Below are positions 30,041-39,798 of a DNA stretch of 64,000 nucleotides, piece by piece; the first letter of the stretch is position 1; each line of letters begins with the position of its first letter. A program made the position numbers and the translations under genes. Below the pieces are notes generated by a model that was not told where the DNA came from, searched no databases, and worked only from the letters and a program-made list of their open reading frames with translations. Source of the DNA: Giardia intestinalis (taxonomy: Eukaryota); assembly GCA_000002435.2 (NCBI GenBank), contig CM018793.1, one strand, 5' to 3'.

Positions 30041-31999
30041 CTAAGATATGCTGTCCAGAATGTTTGTACGGGCATAGTAGAGACAACGATCTAATACCCC
30101 AGAGGCAACATTCGGTAGAATGGAGTGCATCCGCTCGAGCTTCTCCTGATTCGGAATATCGCTGCTTTGTATTAGCCTGTCAAAGACGCCGCTTGAAGTG
30201 AACGCAATTTGAGATATGCTATAATTTATGACTGAGATGGTTTCGTAAAGCTGAGTTTGAAATTCCTCACTAGGCAAGTAGAACCAAGCAACAGGGCAGG
30301 CTCGATGAAGCTTTGTCATGTCCATTTTATTCGTATTTAAACGAAGTTTCTTTTTCCATTGTAGCTCATCCAGTTCTAAGGATACTATGTCCAGGATTAA
30401 GGGTCTGTTAAACAGAAGACAATACTGTGCAAACAGTAGGTCGCTGTCCAGCTCAATGTTAGTGGCCCACAATCGATAGGACGAAAACCCACGCAATGCT
30501 CTCTTCGTTCCTCTGATTGCAACTGCGTATATAAGCTCTATAAGTTGCTCCTTAGGTAAGTGCCCGAGTTCAGTGATAAGGGCGTCACATGCAACAAGAT
30601 GGTTATTCATCTCCTGATGTTTCCAGAAGGATATGACCCAGTTATCCAGTAAGCACTCCTCCTCAATGTGCTCAAGTGAATGCAACCTGAGGTCGTTCAA
30701 GGAGGTCATATGGTCATCTGCATGGTCACTCGGTTTGCTGGCATTTAAAGCAGGGCCATCTGTACTAACCTTCCATACATCACCCCAAGATTGTAAAAAT
30801 AAAATCTTCTGCACAATTGAATGTAAATCATTGGAAAGTACAGATTGAGTAGCGGCACATTTTTTGCAAGAATTTGAGATGTGAATAGAAGAGGTGCCAG
30901 ACTGCAAAGATGGTTGGAGAGACACATGTGTTGAAACAAGAGACCACAGCGAGCGGTAAAAGTATGGAGTTGTGGTAGTCGCGCTATAATCATACAACTC
31001 TGCTCTCAGGTACTTTCTGATGTTGCGCTCTGTAAATATCTCCACAAGTCTCTGGTCACCTGGTCTTAAATGGTCGTTAATTCTCTGCCCCTCCTTCAAT
31101 AACATAATCGGGAACACAAGCGTGAGGATTCGCCACGATAGCGAAAGGCTACGAGAGGTGTACTGGTGTCCGGAAGTATTGTATCTTGATTGGCAATAGC
31201 GGAGACAAGTGCTTTTTGACAAGTAGCTACACTCTGGACGTAAAAGAAGCAGTTCTATGAGGTTCATGTTAGTGTTACGGTCAAGTGGGATAAGTTTCTG
31301 CACTTTCCTCGCGAAGACGGCCTTTGCAGCTCTGAATTTAAAATTGGCGCGAAGAAACTGATATTCGGTGGACGAACCAGCATCTATAAAGGAGGTGTTA
31401 GCGTGCAAAAACGGTTTTGCAGCCGCGTCGCATATACCATCTATTTTATCTAAATCTTTTTTGCTTATAACTTGCGAGAGGAAGTCGGCTTCAATAGATT
31501 GAAATTTCTTCAAGAGCTCTTTGGGCATCCTCACCGGTGGCGCTGGACAATCTGTAATTAATTTTTGATCCAGCTTAAGAGCCTGCAAGGTAGACAGAGT
31601 AGTAGGAGGCGGTATGAGAAAGAACCCGGGTGGGCTAACAGAGGTACAGTTGCCGTCGTGTATATTGTAATACAGTGTAACGTTTGCTATCTCTATTTTT
31701 CTATAGGGAACGGAGCGAATGGAAAGAGAAATGTACTTAAGCTCATACAGCAAGCTGGAGACAGCATCAGAGGCGGACAAGAAGCTCGGTGACGGTCCGG
31801 CAATAATTTGCTTGAGTGCAGGAAGCTTCAGTCCATCGCTTGAGATTGACGATATGTCTGTGGCCCTGTCATTGCTGCTCTCGACCACATTGGCTACCGA
31901 GCTTACAGAGTTCTGCTGATTTGCTATGTGCCTCCTTCCCTCAGAGATGATGCTGTTTTTATCAACAGCTGGAGGCAGATAGGAGAGGCGATTAGTCAT
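30041..31999 (-). CDS. hypothetical protein (~652 aa)
   Basis: Long ORF. The track start at 32014 is TTG; ATG at 31999. Divergent from the next gene, with 64 bp between the two ATGs. Confidence 0.65.
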   Translation of the reverse strand: MTNRLSYLPPAVDKNSIISEGRRHIANQQNSVSSVANVVESSNDRATDISSISSDGLKLPALKQIIAGPSPSFLSASDAVSSLLYELKYISLSIRSVPYRKIEIANVTLYYNIHDGNCTSVSPPGFFLIPPPTTLSTLQALKLDQKLITDCPAPPVRMPKELLKKFQSIEADFLSQVISKKDLDKIDGICDAAAKPFLHANTSFIDAGSSTEYQFLRANFKFRAAKAVFARKVQKLIPLDRNTNMNLIELLLLRPECSYLSKSTCLRYCQSRYNTSGHQYTSRSLSLSWRILTLVFPIMLLKEGQRINDHLRPGDQRLVEIFTERNIRKYLRAELYDYSATTTTPYFYRSLWSLVSTHVSLQPSLQSGTSSIHISNSCKKCAATQSVLSNDLHSIVQKILFLQSWGDVWKVSTDGPALNASKPSDHADDHMTSLNDLRLHSLEHIEEECLLDNWVISFWKHQEMNNHLVACDALITELGHLPKEQLIELIYAVAIRGTKRALRGFSSYRLWATNIELDSDLLFAQYCLLFNRPLILDIVSLELDELQWKKKLRLNTNKMDMTKLHRACPVAWFYLPSEEFQTQLYETISVINYSISQIAFTSSGVFDRLIQSSDIPNQEKLERMHSILPNVASGVLDRCLYYARTNILDSIS

Positions 32000-32062
32000 G
32001 AGCAGACCAAACAAGAAAATCGAGCAAGAAGATCACGCAAGATTTTCAACGCTACTTTTTTA

Positions 32063-35000
32063 ATGTTACGTGACAGGAACACGTATCTAGCGGAGGCCTT
32101 GCGCAGCCACATAGATAGCTTCGGGAGCTCTGCAGAGCAGCTTAGAGCTAAGATAGAGACCAGCATACAGTCTATAGGAGCCGATTTCTGGAAACATAAC
32201 ACTGAAAAGGCGGAAGCAATAACGGAGTCACTGGAAAGATATGCTTCTGGTCTTGGAGAACGCATTCAGGCATTACTGGACAATATCATTGACGCCTATA
32301 AGGAGGCGCGCTCACGGAAGAGGGAGGTTTCTGATGCCTTTGTTCTTCTGAGGGGTCTTCTGCAAACTTACTCTAATCTGTTCTTCTACGGCGTAACAGC
32401 CCCGATAATAGATGTCACATCCTTTTCACCACCCCGGTCTCCAGTGGTAGCGGTCCGCTCTCATCTCCGTCAACTTGTTTCTGAATATAGCGTTCCCGAC
32501 GCCCCTCTTCTCGAACTGAACATATCTGGGATCAAACAATTTACATGGGCCTATGAAAAGCTCAAGCCAGATACTGTTTCTATTCAGGCTCTCTTCTCTG
32601 GTAAGGAGGGGCCTCTGGCCATCAAAAATGCCATGATTGACTCCTATCTGAATGATACCAGGGGGATTTACAACTTGCTATTTCAGATTCTTGTTCGTGA
32701 CTATGGAGAGGATGTTTCTCCTTACCCTTCTTCATTAGTTGGCGCTGCATTTCGCCTACTTGACTCTAAAGGCATGAATTCACAGAGTCCACATAGTACT
32801 GTACAAATCTCCGATAGATTGCTTTATAATCAGCGAAAGTATCTTAAAACAAAGCTAGCATTTCATGAGCATGTGCTTTCTTCATATTATGAAATCCACC
32901 AATCTCTGGAAGACTCCTTGAAAGTCCACGACTCCTCTTTGTTTAGAAAGCTGCATACGAGAACAACACTTAATGACGAGCATCGCCTGCTCAAACAAGC
33001 TATGTCCTTTATACGTCAAGGCGAATACACTGACATGGGCTCAGTAGTGTCGGCCTTGGAGTCATGCATCAGCAGTGCAACGAGCGAGCTTCCACAGGCA
33101 ATACTTCTCGATCCTCCATCCTTTTCAGCCGCTTCAGCGCTTGATGTCCGACTTCAAACTCAGACAAGAGTTCTTGCCTTTATTAAGAAGCAAATTGGCT
33201 TGCACGCCCAGTTTGACATTCTAGATGTGGAGCACTCCCTTGCAGATATCGAGAAAAAGTTGCGACAACTGAATGCTCAGCTTAGGTTAAGTATTCCAGA
33301 AGCAGTACAGCGCCTAGAAGATCACTTGATGGTTGAAGTGGGAGTCTACACTTCCGTGGGTAATAAGGACTTTCCTGCACGCCGTATACTTGACGCATTA
33401 CAACGATATCGCCTAGACCCCGACACACTTCTGCAAGAATATGCAGAGGTCTCGCTCTCTGTAAAGGCAATGGAATATTATATCAAATCTCTTCTTGCCA
33501 TTGTTCAACCAGGAGACGAGGACCATCAGTATGTTTCCCATCTTCTACAGGTGTTCGATGCACATTTTGATGATGCACTCACAAAATTAGTTAACGCTGA
33601 AGGCACGACTGGTAGGACCGAAACGTGCAACGTAGATACTCCTTCGGGTAGACTTGAGACTCAATATAAGCTGCTTCATGAGCTGTCTTTACTAACTGCG
33701 GTATCAATCGCATCTGGCTCTCTCTTATCTTCATTTCAGAAGTTTACTAAAGGGTTACCAATCCCGGGGTTAAAAGATATAACACCCAATTTGTTTGCGT
33801 TGACCAGTCACTGTCAAATCCCGACAAGTGCCCTCTTGCAGGAGGCAGATTTGATCACCGTGGCTTTGCGCCCGCTCACAGAGCCGCACGGTGTACTCTC
33901 ACATGCTCTGCATAATGCATCAGAAATTATTCAATCTGCGGGGGAAGGCACACGTGTTCTTTCTGCAGGTATATTTAACGACAACAGAAGTGCGCGACTG
34001 GCAGACTTATCTCGAGCTTATGCAGTACGCAATAAGATGCGACTTGAGGACATGATGGGGAAGATTAGACGATGCTTTGACGTTCACAACAGGGCTATCA
34101 TGATACTTAGTAACAGTACCGCAGATTTGCTCGGGCAAAAGGTACAAACACTGTCGAAAATTATAGGATCTCCACAGCCACCCGAACTCGATGCACGAGC
34201 ACAATACGGGGAACTATATGGATCACTAAAGGATCTCACATTGAAGACTGGACAATTGACCATGCAATCTGAGCTATCCACTATAGAAAAATTCATCAAG
34301 AGCAGAAAGCGCTATTCGGCGCACTTAGAAGAGCTGTGTCAAGAGAGCAAGAGGTTTACTAGTCTCGGAGACGAGATAGCTAAGATTGTAGAGTCTCACA
34401 ATGCAATATGTGATAGATCATTGGAGATACTAAAGCAAGCTAGCGACAATTATGCCGAACAGCTCAAAGAGTTATGGAATGAAGGGATTCTAAAGTATGA
34501 TCAACTTACGCAAACGCTGCACGCTGAGGCAGCGGAGGACAGGACGAAGTTTGCGGACATGAAGGCACTTATTGAGCCGTGCTTAATGTACTCTCAATTT
34601 CCACCGTCCCAGAGTTTAGTGTCCAGCATCTGTGCCCCGTTTATAAACGAGAATGAGGAGATTACAGAGGGGGGCGGCGTTGGGTTGGAAGCAAAGAAAG
34701 CCAGTACAAAAACGGAATCAGCAATGGCAATACGTGTCCCCGTGTTGTCACCCACCGGAAAGAATTCCATATCAAACACGCTAAAAGTAGCCAAAGCATT
34801 GGACATAGCCGCCAAGGGGTCAGTATTCTATGGTATTGAAAACGGGTCGGAAGGCACGATGGAGAGTGTCTATGTAAAGCTGCACTTCAGTCTTCGGCAC
34901 ATCGAGTTTGCCTTCGAAGAGGGATCCTTCTCCTTAAGTCTCGGCAGTGTTATCGCAGTATATGTTGCATCATCTACCCTCACTTGTGGTGGTAATGTAT

Positions 35001-35176
35001 ACTACTGTCTTGTCTTAACGACTCCACAGACAAAGTACGAGATTTATGCGAGGGATCGCAGCATCCTACAAGCGTGGGTTTGCTCGCTTAAGAATATATT
35101 GGCATATGGCAAGGACATAAAGCCCCTCCGGAGCATCTGGCTTTCCTCTTCAAAAGAAAATGCTAGGCTTAGTTAG
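32063..35176 (+). CDS. large hypothetical protein (~1037 aa) with a possible C-terminal PH-like module
   Basis: The track start at 31928 is GTG. The ATG at 32063 is preceded by cgctacttttttaatg. C-terminal YVKLHFSLRHIEFAFEEG...YYCLVLTTPQTKYEIYARDRSILQAWVCSLKNI resembles a PH-domain C-terminal helix pattern. That assignment is weak. Confidence 0.7.
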   Translation: MLRDRNTYLAEALRSHIDSFGSSAEQLRAKIETSIQSIGADFWKHNTEKAEAITESLERYASGLGERIQALLDNIIDAYKEARSRKREVSDAFVLLRGLLQTYSNLFFYGVTAPIIDVTSFSPPRSPVVAVRSHLRQLVSEYSVPDAPLLELNISGIKQFTWAYEKLKPDTVSIQALFSGKEGPLAIKNAMIDSYLNDTRGIYNLLFQILVRDYGEDVSPYPSSLVGAAFRLLDSKGMNSQSPHSTVQISDRLLYNQRKYLKTKLAFHEHVLSSYYEIHQSLEDSLKVHDSSLFRKLHTRTTLNDEHRLLKQAMSFIRQGEYTDMGSVVSALESCISSATSELPQAILLDPPSFSAASALDVRLQTQTRVLAFIKKQIGLHAQFDILDVEHSLADIEKKLRQLNAQLRLSIPEAVQRLEDHLMVEVGVYTSVGNKDFPARRILDALQRYRLDPDTLLQEYAEVSLSVKAMEYYIKSLLAIVQPGDEDHQYVSHLLQVFDAHFDDALTKLVNAEGTTGRTETCNVDTPSGRLETQYKLLHELSLLTAVSIASGSLLSSFQKFTKGLPIPGLKDITPNLFALTSHCQIPTSALLQEADLITVALRPLTEPHGVLSHALHNASEIIQSAGEGTRVLSAGIFNDNRSARLADLSRAYAVRNKMRLEDMMGKIRRCFDVHNRAIMILSNSTADLLGQKVQTLSKIIGSPQPPELDARAQYGELYGSLKDLTLKTGQLTMQSELSTIEKFIKSRKRYSAHLEELCQESKRFTSLGDEIAKIVESHNAICDRSLEILKQASDNYAEQLKELWNEGILKYDQLTQTLHAEAAEDRTKFADMKALIEPCLMYSQFPPSQSLVSSICAPFINENEEITEGGGVGLEAKKASTKTESAMAIRVPVLSPTGKNSISNTLKVAKALDIAAKGSVFYGIENGSEGTMESVYVKLHFSLRHIEFAFEEGSFSLSLGSVIAVYVASSTLTCGGNVYYCLVLTTPQTKYEIYARDRSILQAWVCSLKNILAYGKDIKPLRSIWLSSSKENARLS

Positions 35177-36423
35177 GCTTGTCGCTCATTATTCTGGACA
35201 GCGTGTCTTTGCATCATCTCGTTAAGTCGTTCGTACACAGACACCATTGTGCAGGTACTGTGACTGTACTTCCATTCATTGATAAGACGCTTTGGACATA
35301 TCTTTGCGATCTTATCGTCCAGTTCTTTCGGCGGGGTGTCCTGTATCGATACTTCCTCTATGAAGATGGTACACAGCATAATGCAGCGCCTCAGTGAGAC
35401 CCGCGCAAGGTCCTCATACCATTGTGCTATGAAACCTAATGACGATCTATTAGTGATATTAGGTCTAGATGCTGAGCTTGAAAGCAAACTTGAAAGTGTG
35501 CCGCTCCTTGCCTCAAGAAAAGAAATAAAGCGCTCAACAGGAATGCTTTCAAAGTAACTAAAAAGGTTGTCTTGAAGAAACCAAAAGTTTCGCGTCTCCA
35601 ATGATTCTAGGTACTGCTCTAGCATGTGTAGAAAAAAGAACGGATAGAGTTCCGTGCACTCTTTTTCAATGGCGCTAATTATGTCACTAGATTGATTGTC
35701 GTAGTCACGCAGTTGTTCGACAGGTCTGTGGCAACTCTCTTGTACCATGTTTATAGCCATACTTACAAGTTTCCATGCTTGCTCTAAGTGCTCCCTGTAA
35801 TGCGCCAAGTTACCATATTCCTTTATGAGCATCTCAAATATACCCTTGAAGAATCCATAATCCTTATCAGGAGCATCGTAGTCCAACGGAGTGAACCAAT
35901 TGAAGTGAGTGTTCTTCGACAATAGGAAAAGCTTGGCAAAGATGTCATCCCTAAAAGCATTACACCCCAATGGGGTGATCGACCTGGACGCAGTGGACAC
36001 AGGCACGGACCTTAGCTTATCCCGTAAAGTTTTCAGTACTGAGACGGTTTCAAGCGTCATTGGCTGCGCTGGGCACACAGAGTAAAGAGCCTCATTAACC
36101 ATGCGTGAAACCTTCAAGAGGGAGGCGGTACTATAGCTCGATGTCTGCCACTTGGTGTCAAGAGAAACGCCGTTATGAGCCACGTTATAGAGTACACCAG
36201 GACCATCTTCTGGTTCAACGACATACCACGACCGGTTTAATATCAGCATTATTATGTCTTGGAGAACATCGTATGCCGTGACTAGTAAGGTTTCGGACTC
36301 GTTGTTCATGCACATGTTATATTTTTTTGAAAATAAGTTGACGAAAGTATTCATAGTGACAAGATGACAATCTCGCAAGAAATACTGGACCAAACTAGTA
36401 TCTAGCTCCTCTACTCTTTTCAT
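35173..36423 (-). CDS. hypothetical protein (~416 aa)
   Basis: The track start is TTG; ATG at 36423. Shares a 40-bp AT-rich divergent region with the gene starting at 36464. Confidence 0.65.
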   Translation of the reverse strand: MKRVEELDTSLVQYFLRDCHLVTMNTFVNLFSKKYNMCMNNESETLLVTAYDVLQDIIMLILNRSWYVVEPEDGPGVLYNVAHNGVSLDTKWQTSSYSTASLLKVSRMVNEALYSVCPAQPMTLETVSVLKTLRDKLRSVPVSTASRSITPLGCNAFRDDIFAKLFLLSKNTHFNWFTPLDYDAPDKDYGFFKGIFEMLIKEYGNLAHYREHLEQAWKLVSMAINMVQESCHRPVEQLRDYDNQSSDIISAIEKECTELYPFFFLHMLEQYLESLETRNFWFLQDNLFSYFESIPVERFISFLEARSGTLSSLLSSSASRPNITNRSSLGFIAQWYEDLARVSLRRCIMLCTIFIEEVSIQDTPPKELDDKIAKICPKRLINEWKYSHSTCTMVSVYERLNEMMQRHAVQNNERQA

Positions 36424-36463
36424 GAAGATTTGCAATCAAAACATAAACTAGCTTGTCAATAAA

Positions 36464-37987
36464 ATGAATGCTACAGGTTTAATGACCACCCCATTACCAG
36501 TCAAGACAGACATGCTCTCCGCCGGTGACCTTTCGGTTTTTCAGTTGGGGTGGCCACTAGTTTATCAGAACCAAGGAGTTGTACGGAACGACCTGTCCTC
36601 CATGATCAATGAATCTGCTTATACTCTTCAGCAGCTCTCCTGTATCCGTCCTCTTTATGAGAATTACTGTGACGACAACACAGTGGCTCCGCCCACGGCT
36701 TTGCTTCGTCCCAGTCTTGGTGCGATGTTGGTTGAGCAACCTCAATGTACTGGAAAGTTTAGCGACCCTATCAATACATCTACCCAAGCATCAAACTGCC
36801 ACACAATGTATTCTACAAACAATATAAGTAATAGTAAGGATTCTATCAAGGATTCTGGCCTGATTGTCCCTGTTGAAAGCGATGTAAGTAATTCTGAAAT
36901 TAAAGAGGTACAAGCACCGCCCGAGGGCTCTGAGCAGGCACGTTGTCAGTTGTGCCTTGAGCTTCCTTTCAACGGATCGTTTGATTCAGCAATCAGCCCT
37001 GCCTTTCGGACTGCATTCGTGAAGGAGGTCCGTGCCGGTCAGAGGCTGCGTCAGACCCCTGCGGTCTTTACCACAAATAGAGTAAGTATTCGTCCTGGCA
37101 TATCTTTGAATTCATTTTGTTCGGCTCCTGAGTCAATCTCTGCTCCGGCGATGAACACCGAGAATGTCGATGTCGAGCAGGTAGTGTATCCCCCATCTTT
37201 GAATGAAATGGGACAGATCCTGCCTACAGGCGTTTACTATGGAGACCCCGGGTTTCCAAAAATGGGGGTTGTTGGGCCTCTATCTACTGCGGATCATGTG
37301 GGGTCAATCACAATGGATCTTTTGACACCATCTCCTACCTCAGATAGCGTCGTTTCTGTGCTTGATAATTCCGTTATACAGCACAGCGGCTCAGCTATAT
37401 CCATTAGCTCTTTGAATGGCACTAACTTTCAGACAATGGGGTCACATTATCCCTCCACTAGCGTGTTCCCCTACTCAACTCCTCTTACTCTAACACCTCA
37501 GATCCCTGCATATTATTGTCCTGGTATCATCGCAGGTCAACCAATACAATATACTGTCGCCGCTTTGGGACACCCAATCCAGCTGCAACCACCTCTGACC
37601 CAACCGTCTGCACACGCCATGGTTTCTCATGGTCTCCAGCCTCTACATTCTCAGACCTATGCTACACGACGGAAGCCCAGGCGCGCTTCTACCTCATCGG
37701 GAGACGCTCAGAGCTCGCAGACACCCTTTTACTGGACGCGTGAGCAAGCAGAATTATTCGATCGGGTCCATCATCGGATTGGAGTCGACAGAGCAACTGA
37801 TAAGGCCATATGGGATGAACTGCGCCATCACATTCCAAATTTAACACAACGGATGGTCCAATCACGTCTGCAGAAACGGAGACTGGCCATTCGTAAGTAT
37901 TATAAACTCAATCCAAAGAGCCAACTGAAAAGACACCACGTCCACCCAGAATTTCAGACCAACAATGAGCTTTATCCAGTTGAGTGA
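36464..37987 (+). CDS. Myb-like (SHAQKYF-class) DNA-binding protein, 507 aa
   Basis: C-terminal FYWTREQAELFDRVHHRIGVDRATDKAIWDELRHHIPNLTQRMVQSRLQKRRLA fits the W..E...F...G...AT.K.I...LT...V.SHLQKYRL pattern. The stop context is TGAGTAAAT, with a second AGTAAAC at 38001. Confidence 0.7.
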   Translation: MNATGLMTTPLPVKTDMLSAGDLSVFQLGWPLVYQNQGVVRNDLSSMINESAYTLQQLSCIRPLYENYCDDNTVAPPTALLRPSLGAMLVEQPQCTGKFSDPINTSTQASNCHTMYSTNNISNSKDSIKDSGLIVPVESDVSNSEIKEVQAPPEGSEQARCQLCLELPFNGSFDSAISPAFRTAFVKEVRAGQRLRQTPAVFTTNRVSIRPGISLNSFCSAPESISAPAMNTENVDVEQVVYPPSLNEMGQILPTGVYYGDPGFPKMGVVGPLSTADHVGSITMDLLTPSPTSDSVVSVLDNSVIQHSGSAISISSLNGTNFQTMGSHYPSTSVFPYSTPLTLTPQIPAYYCPGIIAGQPIQYTVAALGHPIQLQPPLTQPSAHAMVSHGLQPLHSQTYATRRKPRRASTSSGDAQSSQTPFYWTREQAELFDRVHHRIGVDRATDKAIWDELRHHIPNLTQRMVQSRLQKRRLAIRKYYKLNPKSQLKRHHVHPEFQTNNELYPVE

Positions 37988-38007
37988 GTAAATCTGAGTG
38001 AGTAAAC
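37987..38007 (+). terminator. tandem AGTAAAT / AGTAAAC putative polyadenylation signals for the Myb-like gene
   Basis: TGAGTAAATctgagtgAGTAAAC. The first copy overlaps the stop codon. Confidence 0.5.
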
Positions 38008-38069
38008 AAGCGGAGTTAGCCAGTGGAGTTACTCTCTAGTCAACTTGGGTTTTTCAGACATATAAAAAG

Positions 38070-39728
38070 ATGAAATCGTATGTTGCTATGGAGTTTCTTG
38101 TTCCCTTAGCCTCTTTTCTCGTTGCCAGTATTATTATTCTAGTCTTTACGAAGGATGCAGAAGGGATTTACGAGAGATTGATTGCTGTTGAGCGCTTCAC
38201 CCTCACACGTACCATGACGGTCCTGCTCTTTGAATCCTTGCTCTTTCTGATAGTTCTTTCCATAAGACACATCCTTTTCCCTAGAACAACCAACATGGAG
38301 CTTTTGCAGATCTATCATGTAGTCCTCTTTTCTTACGTTACAACGTTTTTCAACATTGTTAAATGGGCGTCATTTCATAACTATCTCAACATTGGGGCTC
38401 TTAAGACACTGAGTATGGCCGTAGTACTTTCACATATGCGAGTAGTTGTCGAATTTTATAGTTACCGCATGAATACTCTACTTTCAGAAATAGACACCAA
38501 CAACAACTTTATTGCCGAAGAGGCTCAGGAGCACCACCGTCGCAAGCTAAGAATTCTCAGATGGGAGCTTCTACGACCGACCATTGTCATTCCGGTAGTT
38601 ATCTACTCTTCTCTACGCTTCTTTAAGGACCATAGAGACGGTCCTATGCCATTTTATTACCGCACGAGTCTATTTGTTGCACTAAAACTCATGATTCAGT
38701 ATTTCAAGGTGCTTGCCGAAGGAGGACTGACCATTTTTAACAACTCTGCTCAGAATGGACGAAAGCCCGAGGTCATTTACGCAAAGACTCTTGCAACGCT
38801 TTCTCTAGACTTGCTAGAGTTCGGCATCATTTTCGTAGTCACCCTCAACTCAGTAGCTCATGCCTTCAAGGCAGACTCTATTGCAGACCTGATGAAGGGT
38901 ACAGCACATAACAAAGGCCATCTGGGGCTACAATCTCGCTACTTCTATATCTTCTTTGTGGAACTCTTCAGTCTTAATGAGTCCTTTATTCATTGCTCCA
39001 AGAGCTGGAAGAGAATGCAACGTGCACGCTTGATTATGAACAAGTTTAACATATTAGTGCAGCCCAGCTGCGAGGAGATATACGGACTTCCCCTCGACGT
39101 AGTATCCACTAACCCAGACGCGCATGAGAGCATTGAGGCCTGCAGCATATGCATGGGCAGCTTCACGCTATTTGGTGATGAGGGGAAAAACAATCCGGTG
39201 AGGAAGCTTCCGTGCAACCATCTTTACCACAAGGATTGCATTCAGAGTTGGATTGTGAGCGGGAACACGCTTTGCCCCCTGTGTGGACGCGATGTTTTCA
39301 ATCCTGCTCCCCAACAAGAGCCGCTGAGAAGCGAGCCAGGTGCACAAAATGAGCAGCAAGAAGTTCCGGAAGCACCTACCCTTGCTGCAGAACCTGACGC
39401 TATTGCAGGACAGAAAGAGGTTGACGCAAATGCCACCCAGGCGCCTGTGTCTATTGTATCTAAAAACTCTGTTCGCGATATCTCTACGCACCCCATCCTA
39501 TTCGAGATGCCCGTTTTTTCTCTAGAGGAGAACGTGGATTGGAACGCATTAACTCTAGATTCCATACAGGAGAGTATTAGTGAGTCAACAAGGATTTACC
39601 TGGACAAACTAGACGCTTATATAAAAATGCGCTCTCACGTCAGGGAACTGGGTCTATTCATCAACGTTGTTGGTGACATTTATAAGCCCTATTCCTCTGT
39701 GACAACCGTAAGAGCAGATACAGACTAA
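38070..39728 (+). CDS. multi-pass membrane RING-H2 E3 ubiquitin ligase, Hrd1/synoviolin-like
   Basis: About 330 aa with ~6 TM segments, then CSICMGSFTLFGDEGKNNPVRKLPCNHLYHKDCIQSWIVSGNTLCPLCGR (RING-H2 with the long C2-C3 spacer typical of Hrd1). ATG at 38070 preceded by catataaaaag. Confidence 0.7.
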   Translation: MKSYVAMEFLVPLASFLVASIIILVFTKDAEGIYERLIAVERFTLTRTMTVLLFESLLFLIVLSIRHILFPRTTNMELLQIYHVVLFSYVTTFFNIVKWASFHNYLNIGALKTLSMAVVLSHMRVVVEFYSYRMNTLLSEIDTNNNFIAEEAQEHHRRKLRILRWELLRPTIVIPVVIYSSLRFFKDHRDGPMPFYYRTSLFVALKLMIQYFKVLAEGGLTIFNNSAQNGRKPEVIYAKTLATLSLDLLEFGIIFVVTLNSVAHAFKADSIADLMKGTAHNKGHLGLQSRYFYIFFVELFSLNESFIHCSKSWKRMQRARLIMNKFNILVQPSCEEIYGLPLDVVSTNPDAHESIEACSICMGSFTLFGDEGKNNPVRKLPCNHLYHKDCIQSWIVSGNTLCPLCGRDVFNPAPQQEPLRSEPGAQNEQQEVPEAPTLAAEPDAIAGQKEVDANATQAPVSIVSKNSVRDISTHPILFEMPVFSLEENVDWNALTLDSIQESISESTRIYLDKLDAYIKMRSHVRELGLFINVVGDIYKPYSSVTTVRADTD

Positions 39729-39798
39729 GTGTAACAGTTAATAGTTAAAAAACCTGAGTAATGAAAGCAAGCTTGTATCATAGCCCCCCATCACATGA